DNA from: Ostrea edulis
Lineage: Eukaryota
Assembly: GCF_947568905.1 (NCBI RefSeq)
Contig: NC_079166.1
Location: 37,324,001-37,388,000 of the forward strand
Direction: 5' to 3'
Length of the DNA stretch: 64,000 nucleotides
How positions within the stretch are numbered: the first letter of the stretch is position 1; each line of letters starts with the position of its first letter. The notes beneath the pieces are model-generated. The model had not been told where the DNA came from, made no database searches, and saw nothing but the letters and a program-made list of their open reading frames with translations. This document shows positions 24,172 through 33,100 of the stretch, one piece after another. The translations under genes and the position numbers were made by a program.

Positions 24172-27100
24172 GTCTATAGTGAACTAAATCAAGGTGATAC
24201 TGTAGTGAGTGGAAAGAGATTCAAGATTATACATGTACTGTACGTCACAGCAGCAAGTCTGACCTGAACAAAATTATAACGATGACTAACCACAACTCCA
24301 GTTATCACATGGAAACACATGTTTACCGACAACTGTGAAACAACATACACTAACAAGCATTGTTAATTTGACAATAATTTGTTGTAACCATGTTGTTCTG
24401 TTGTATGATCGCATGGCTATCATTATGGTGGTTTGTACGATCGCTTATTACGTTGTTGCCAATTACATAAATTCTCTCGAGATATACAAATCACATCGAT
24501 ATTTGAAAGTTGTGGGGTATGGTACATACCTTAAGATTAGAGCAACTGCTTTTCTTTATGGAAATGAAATTAGACTTATGCGTTTGAATTACTGAAGTCT
24601 TTTTCATAGAGCTGTGGAGTATGGTACACATCAAAATTTGTTAATGCACGACTGATGACGCACGACAACCCCATTGCAATAGTGAATTACCCTGGTTCAA
24701 GTGATTATTTGGAAGACTTGATTACCTTGAGATAAGTGTTCATATGTAAGACCAGGCTCTGGAGTAGCAGATCTGTCAGAACTGGAGTCACCTGTCAATA
24801 AAAATAATCAATCACCCACAGTCTGTAACATACTTTATTTCTAATAATCAATCACCCACAGTCTGTAACATACTTTATTTCTAATAATCAATCACCCACA
24901 GTCTGTAACATACTTTATTTCTAATAATCAATCACCCACAGTCTGTAACATACTTTATTTCTAATAATCAATCACCCATAGTCTGTAACATACTTTATTT
25001 CTAATAATCAATCACCCACAGTCTGTAACATACTTTATTTCTAATAATCAATCACCCACAGTCTGTAACATACTTTATTTCTAATAATCAATCACCCATA
25101 GTCTGTAACATACTTTATTTCTAATAATCAATCACCCCCAGTCTGTAAAAACATATACTTTATTTCTAATAATCAATCACCCACAGCGATGTCTGTAACA
25201 TATACTTTATTTCTAATGAATTTTTAATAACAATATACATGTACATGTATAAAGCAACATTCTTTTTTAAATAAACAGATGTACTACAGTCAACTCTCGA
25301 TAAACCGACACCTTTTGTTCTATTGAATTCATGGCATTATAATGAATTTGGTGATGAATTGAATTTCCCCCATCTTGGGGAGAAAGACTTACTATTCTTG
25401 TATATGTAAGAGTTATCTTTCCTTTATGTTCAAACTTGATGTAAAAATATCTCATATTTGTTTTTCTAAATTTTCTAACACGATTAAAATAGTTTTATCA
25501 ATAATAATACTTCATTTCACAAGACACATATAGACAGAATGATCCAAGTTATTTAAAAACCTTGTCCAGTGTCGGCATTTAGCGCACCGCATGGCTGTTT
25601 TCTGGACAAAGATCAACGAGTATTTCATCCTTTGCAGCCAAAATATCACCTATTGTCCTCCTTTATATAGACTTTTCCTTCAAACGGTAGAATAATGGGT
25701 GATTTCTTGTTGTGTACATTTCGGATGGTTTACGTGGTATGTAAAAAATTGCTTATTTTCTTTGAAAGTCAACAGAAACCTCTGTCGTGGGGAAGCAATA
25801 GATAAACTGAAATATTTTTCTATACTGTAAAAGTAACAAGACAACAGTTCATATTAAGTGATTATCTTGTTTATCTAATACTGGGTACCTTCTGCCCACG
25901 TGTATGCCAGAGATCGATATTGATCAATTTTCCACATCACTGATCATGTGCACCCATGGATGACAGTTTATTGAGATAATTAACACTTTGAAATAGTCTT
26001 TTGTAATAAAAACATTGTGGCAAATGGCGATAACGAATTTGGCGTTTTAACGAGAATCTTAAGTAAAAGGAAAAACGTTCTCAGAAAAATGTGCCGTTAT
26101 AACGAAAATGGGGATAAACTGAGTGGCGATAATTCAAGATGAACTTTACTTCCAGTCGCCATCTTTATCAGAATCGATAGCAATGTCATTTATTATGATT
26201 TGTATGATTTATAAATCATCATCTGCAAACACACATTTATTCTATCACAATCATTACTCATATAAAAGTATGTTTTTACTTTGATAATTGAAATGCTGTA
26301 ATTTTCATGTGGGTTTGATGTGATAATATAAGAGTCATGGAAACTTGGATCCTATTCATTCAGAACTTTTTTTATGGTCTATAGGGATGATTATAGAGAA
26401 TTCTTGTTAGTCCTAGGCCAGGTAGTGAACGATTTCATTTAATTATATGTACAAAGGAATCAAAATTATGAATTGATTGGGGTATTTAGAACTAACATGT
26501 CAATCCTATCAAATAGGACTCATCAAAATTTTGTTTGGGACTTGTCCAATTTTCTAAGGGATTCAAGCTGCTCATAAACATACAAGTCAAGGATTTATCT
26601 TGCAAAAAATCTTATTGACAACCCTGAACAAGATTAAAATTAATTTTACAAAAAATAAGTCTGAACATTAACGAGAACTGATTTCATTTTGAGAGTAAAC
26701 TGTGGGTGAGATCAGTGTTGAATAAAATCTTTCAGTCTTTGACATGTGCATTTTCACAAATCTCACTTGCCCTATTACTTTAACATCGAAGACATCTATT
26801 TTCTCAGATGGCAATCATATTTAGATGGTCTTAAAAAAGGTTGACAATCTATGAATGCCTGTTTAATACTAGCACTTTTCTGTATCTTACCATTTCTGTG
26901 GAATCTGTTGAATTTGTTCCTCCTTGGAGAATGAGTACTTTTGTCCTTTTTTAATTTTTTGACTGATAATGAAATACAAGAAGTAATTTAGTAATCTTAC
27001 ATGAAATACATATCCATTCAAAAGAAATCAATATAGAAATTCACACAAGAATGAAATTCCTCGTAGGAATAAGTTTACTCAATTTAACTCAGAAATTCAT

Positions 27101-30100
27101 CAGCATCATTCTATTGGCGGACTTACTTTTTCTGTCGACTTGGTAACTCCAGTCCAAGTCATTGTCATCGTCTGCGCTGTCATCGCCTAGAACTGACAAC
27201 CGACTGAAATCAAAATCAAATACATATTAAAACAAATGACTGGTTGGTAAAGATTTTAATACATGTACACTGAGATTTGTGGCCGTTTGAGGAGCTTGGA
27301 TGAGATGCTAAGCTTTTAATGGTGCATCTTCACTAGCCTTGAGTGATGCTCCACAATGATTCTCTTTTCACAGTGAAAAGAGAAACACCACCAAGCGTCA
27401 CCCTTGGTTAGCGGAAATGTTAATTGTGATACAAAAGACAAGTGGCCCATGGGCCACATCGCTAACATGAGTCACCTTGGCCCATATCTAAAGATTTTCC
27501 ATATATTGGCCCCAACCTACCCCAGGGGCCATGATTTTTACAAATTAGAATCTGCACTATGTAAGGAAGCTTTCATGTAAATGTAAACTCCTCTGGCCCA
27601 ATGGTCCTTGAGAAGATTTTTAAAGATTTTCTGTATATTTTTGTATGTAAAACTTTGATCCCCTATTGTGGCTCCATCCTACCCCTGGGGGCCGTGATTT
27701 TGAATCTGCACTATGTCAGGAAGCTTTCATGTAAAAGTAAACTTTACTGGCCCAGTGATTCTTCAGAAAAAGATTACTAATGATTTCCCCTATATATTTG
27801 TATGTAAAAATTTGATCCCTTGTTGTGGTCTCATCCTACCTCCTGGGGCATTGATTTTAACAAACTTGAATCTTCACTATATCAGGAGGCTTTCATGTAA
27901 ATTTAAAGTTTCCTAGTCCAGTGGTTCTTGGGAAGAAGATTTTTAAAGATTTTCTCCCAATATACATTTTGTATTTGTTTGTAAAACTTTAATACCCAAT
28001 TATGGCCCCATCCTACCCCGGGGGCCATGATTTTAACAAAGATGAATTTGCACCAGGTCAGGATGCTTTCATGTGGATTTTCCAAATATATTTACATGTA
28101 AAACTTTGATCCCCTATTGTGGCCCCATTCTACCCCCAGGGACCATGGTTTTTACAAGTTGAATTTGCACTATGTACGAAAGCTTTCATGTAGATGTAAA
28201 CTTCTTTGGCCCAATGGTTCTTGAGAAGAAGATTTTTAAAAATTTTTCTATATATTAGTATGTAAAACTTTGATCCCCTATTGTGGCCCCTTCCTACCCC
28301 CAGGGGCCATGATTTTAACAAACTTGAATCTGCACTATGTCAGGAAGATTTCATGTACATTTCAGCTCCTCTGGCCCAGTGGTTCTTGAGAAGATTTTAA
28401 ATGACCCCACCCTGTTTTTGCATTTATGTGATTATCTCCCCTTTGAAGTGGGCATTAACCTTCATTTGAACAAACTTGAAAGCCCTTCATCCAAGGATGC
28501 TTTGTGTCAAGTTAGGTTGAAATTGGTCTAGTGGTTCTGGAGAAAAAGATGAATATGTGAAAAGTTTATGCCTACGACGCCAAACAACGAACAAATTTTG
28601 ATCAGAAAAGCTCAGTTAGGCCTTCGGCTCAGGTGAGCTAAAAAATTAAGCAGAGATAGTGTTCAGCATTAGAATGAGATAAACTGTTTCTCGTCTTTAT
28701 GCTTTGAAGTGATTCATGCTAGTTCAACAGTCACAAAATCTGTTGTATGGGGTTTGCTAAAATGTTACTGGTAGACAGCTTGAGATCATTAAAACCAGTA
28801 TTAACTACTGTAAATCTCAAGATTCACATCCTAACTCTGAAGAACTGTAGTCTAAAGAACCAGTGAGTTTAGAGTTTGAAAGTTTATGTTCACACAGGTG
28901 AGTGGTCTGAGGATAGCTCGAGGCTCCCTGCACTTCCTGCAAGGATTTAATGGGGGCCTCTTATGGTAAAATCTCCCATCAGAAAATTGTACATGTAGTA
29001 AATCTTAAACTCATTAGATACACTTCTAATCTCTTAAATGAATTCTTCAAAGTTAACCCTTTATTATGTGGAAAACAGCATCCTTACAGTCATTTCCATC
29101 TTGTTAACAGATCTCATATGGGGGAATTATTTTTCATTTGTTCCTGTAAATCTATTATGTACAGGTTGTCTTCATATGATTAATTTCATTCAAAGAAGCT
29201 ACTAACTGATTTTGCAACACTCAGTCCAATACAGAAACAAGAAATGTTTGTAAAACATGTATGCCCCATGGTGCAAAATTGAAAAGGGTTATGCACTAGC
29301 TGCAATAATGTAGCCCTATCTGAATCTTTTTTATTCTGATGTTTTCGAGATAGTATCTCCCCTCCCCCCCCCAAAAAAAAATCAGAGAGGGCTACATTTT
29401 TGCAGCTAGGTTATGCACATGCATCATTTAATTGATAGTGCCAAACCATTTCAAAATATTGAGCAGACAATATCTTCCTATGTCCAGGGTGGATTGACAG
29501 TGTGACCTAAAAATCAATAGTGGTTATCTTCTCCTTATATATGCTGTACCAGTGTACCAAGTGTGGTGTCGATCAAGCAATTCATTCTTAAAATATAGGA
29601 GACAATATATTACTACATCCAGTTTAACCCTTGATCTTTGACCAGGTGACTTCAAAATCAATAGTCATCTACTCCTTATGATGTACCAGAGTACAGTTTG
29701 ATGTCTGTCAAGCAAAGGGCTCCCAAGATATTGAGCAGACAGTATATTCCTAAGTCCAGTTTGACCCTTGACCTTTGACCACGTGACCTCAAAATCAATA
29801 AGGGTCATCTACTCCTTAGGATGTACCAGTGTACCAAGTTTGATGTCTGTCAAGCAAAGGGTTCTCAAGATATTGAATGGACAGTGTCTTCAGAGTGGAT
29901 TGACCCTTGACCTTTTGACCTGAAAATCAATAGGGGTCCTCTTCTACTCATAACCAACCCATATATGAAATATCATTGCAATCAAAAAAATGGTTCTCAA
30001 GATATTGAGCAGACAACATGTGATCTACCGACCGACATACCGACAGATGCAAAGCAATATGCCCCTCTTCTTTAAAGGGGGGCATAACAACCACCCCTTA

Positions 30101-33100
30101 TCTTCCTTTTCAACAATTGCTGACTGTAAGGCTTATTTTATTGCATTAATCTTACCAAACCTACACAACCTCTATAGCAATGGAGGAATGAAGATTATAA
30201 TGAAAGACAAAACATGTCAGATTTCATCAAGATTTTAACAACTTCATACTATGAAACAAGCTATGAGGAAAATTTGTCTTGTTCTATGCAGATCCCCCAT
30301 TTGCAGTTCTTCCATTTTAGCATAAAGCCAAATTTTTTTAACCCTGCTTACAAATATAAAACACAGCTACCAATGAACTGGTAACAAACCTGGATTCGTT
30401 TTCTTTTGCCATGGCCGCCTGTCGTCGGTTGGCTATACGCGAGCTGTTTCTCCCCATCCCCATACATTTCTCAAGGTGAGGGGCAAATCGGGAGGCAGCT
30501 AGATTCCTCTGACAGTTAGGACACACACACTCAAACTGTTTCTTTGTTGGCACCTGTCCAAAAACGTCCACTCCTGGTCGATCCACCAACTCTGTATCAG
30601 ATATAACTCACAAAATTGACATTCAGTGTTAATGTTCTATATGATGTACTATTCATAACATGAAATGAAGTGTGATCTGTGAAAAACCGGAAACTGAACA
30701 CAGGTGTTCAGTAAGCTAGATCTGGCATCAAGAATGTTCCTACAATTCTGTATCAGGAATGTTCCTACAATTCTGTATCAGGAATGTTCCTAAAGTCTGT
30801 ATCAGGAATGTTCCTACAAGTCTGTATCAGGAATGTTCCTACAAGTCTGTATCAGGAAAGTTCCTACAAGTCTGTATCAGGAAAGTTCCTACAAGTCTGT
30901 ATCAGGAATGTTCTACAAGTCTATATCAGCAATGTTCTACAAGTCTGTATCAGGAATGTTCCTACAAGTCTGTATCAGGAATGTTCCTACAAGTCTGTAT
31001 CAGGAATGTTCCTACAAGTCTGTATCAGGAAAGTTCCTACAAGTCTGTATCAGGAATGTTCCTACAAGTCTGTATCAGGAATGTTCCTACAAGTCTGTAT
31101 CAGGAATGTTCCTACAAGTCTGTATCAGGAATGTTCCTACAAGTCTGTATCAGGAAAGTTCCTACAAGTCTGTATCAGGAATGTTCCTACAAGTCTGTAT
31201 CAGGAATGTTCTACAAGTCTGTATCAGGAAAGTTCCTACAAGTCTGTATCAGGAAAGTTCCTACAAGTCTGTATCATGAATGTTCCTACAAGTCTGTATC
31301 AGGAATGTTCCTACAAGTCTGTATCAGGAAAGTTCCTACAAGTCTGTATCAGGAAAGTTCCTACAAGTCTGTATCATGAATGTTCCTACAAGTCTGTATC
31401 AGGAATGTTCCTACAAGTCTGTATCAGGAATGTTCCTACAAGTCTGTATCAGGAATGTTCCTACAAGTCTGTATCAGGAAAGTTCCTACAAGTCTGTATC
31501 AGGAAAGTTCCTACAAGTCTGTATCATGAATGTTCCTACAAGTCTGTATCAGGAATGTTCCTACAAGTCTGTATCAGGAATGTTCCTACAAGTCTGTATC
31601 AGGAATGTTCCTACAAGTCTGTATCAGGAATGTTCCTACAAGTCTGTATCAGGAATGTTCCTACAAGTCTGTATCAGGAATGTTCCTACAAGTCTGTATC
31701 AGGAAAGTTCCTACAAGTCTGTATCAGGAATGTTCTACAAGTCTGTATCAGGAATGTTCCTACAAGTCTGTATCAGAAATGTTATAAGACTAAAAAATCC
31801 AGATCAGTAGGTCCTATGCTATCTAACCATCAAAGTGTGACTGGACTGGTTGTTCTAGCGAGTTATCCCACTTCATAGTATGACCACAGTTTTTAAAAGA
31901 TGTATTTATACATTTACTAGTGGAGGTAACTTTGGTAAGAATATTGTTTTGAATTATTAAAAAGATCTCAAATACTAACTCCATACATACCATGTTCTCT
32001 TTGTGACCTACAGAAAAATAAGAAAAAATATAAACTTTTAAGAAAAGCTTGCAAAGCTTATTATCATGCAATAACACAGAAGTGATTGATTAATGGCACA
32101 GATGTATGTGAAAGTATACATGTATGTACATCTAAATTCTGTTTTTACAGAAGCTGTGATGTAACATTTTAATTCTTTTTGTACATAATACACATACAAC
32201 AAGCAGCAAAGAATCTGTACATTTTTATAACTGATCATAGATTCATGATGAATTAATAATTGATCTCATGCTGTTATTTAAGAAATGCCTTTCAGTTTTG
32301 ATAGTATACACCTTTTACTGGCTATGAGGACAATAGCAAGTTTATTGTCCCCCAAGACAGCAACTATTTCCCGAGGCGCAGCCGAGGGAAATAGTTGCTG
32401 TTGAGGGGGACAATAGATTTGCTACTGTCCGAATAGTCAGTAAATAGGTGTTTTATTATACCTAGGTAGACTTTACTTGTGTCAGACATACCAAAGTGAA
32501 GTAAACTAACATTCAGCATTAGCCTAGATGGAATCGACTGAGATGATCCGAGTGGTAAACTATCAGACTTTGATGTCACAGAAAAGAAAACGCGGGAAAA
32601 TATAGCATCCGGTAAATAGTTTCGAGACTATTTCCCTAGGGTGAGATAGTTCAGAAACTATTTCACGGCTAGCGTTATCCAGAAAAAATAGCAAATTTAT
32701 TCACCTAACATTTATATAGCAAAAACACTCTGAGATATGATAATAAATGATATACCCTCAGCCTCTCCACACTGGCATATTGAATGGAGAGTGTTAGCAC
32801 TCATGAAAAAGAGGCTCAAGCTATATCATCTCATATACATTCAAAAACTGAAACACGTCATCTTATGTATTTACATTTTCTATTATATTTACTTTGTTAC
32901 ATGCAATGTTATGTCAAATGTATTTTGTTTTGCAATTCAGCATTTGAAAACCAACAAGCATTGCTTTTCAACATTTTCCACTGTCAGTGATGTCACAATC
33001 AATAGCGTTGAAAATACCTGTTTTAATTGTGACGTCCCAGTTGCTAGCATCTTAAAAATCTTTGTGCAAAAATTAAAGCATATGAGGAAATAGCCTTCGG

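Noticed and set aside
27360-27384. 25-bp perfect palindrome TTCTCTTTTCAC-A-GTGAAAAGAGAA
   Set aside because: It is isolated, with no TSD or second copy, so it cannot be told apart from chance.
30724-31785. CRISPR-like array (also considered for 24803-25217)
   Set aside because: There are no unique spacers; these are pure tandem repeats in a eukaryotic intron.
30759-31878. Long ORFs of 85-364 aa
   Set aside because: They are translations of the 25-bp minisatellite.
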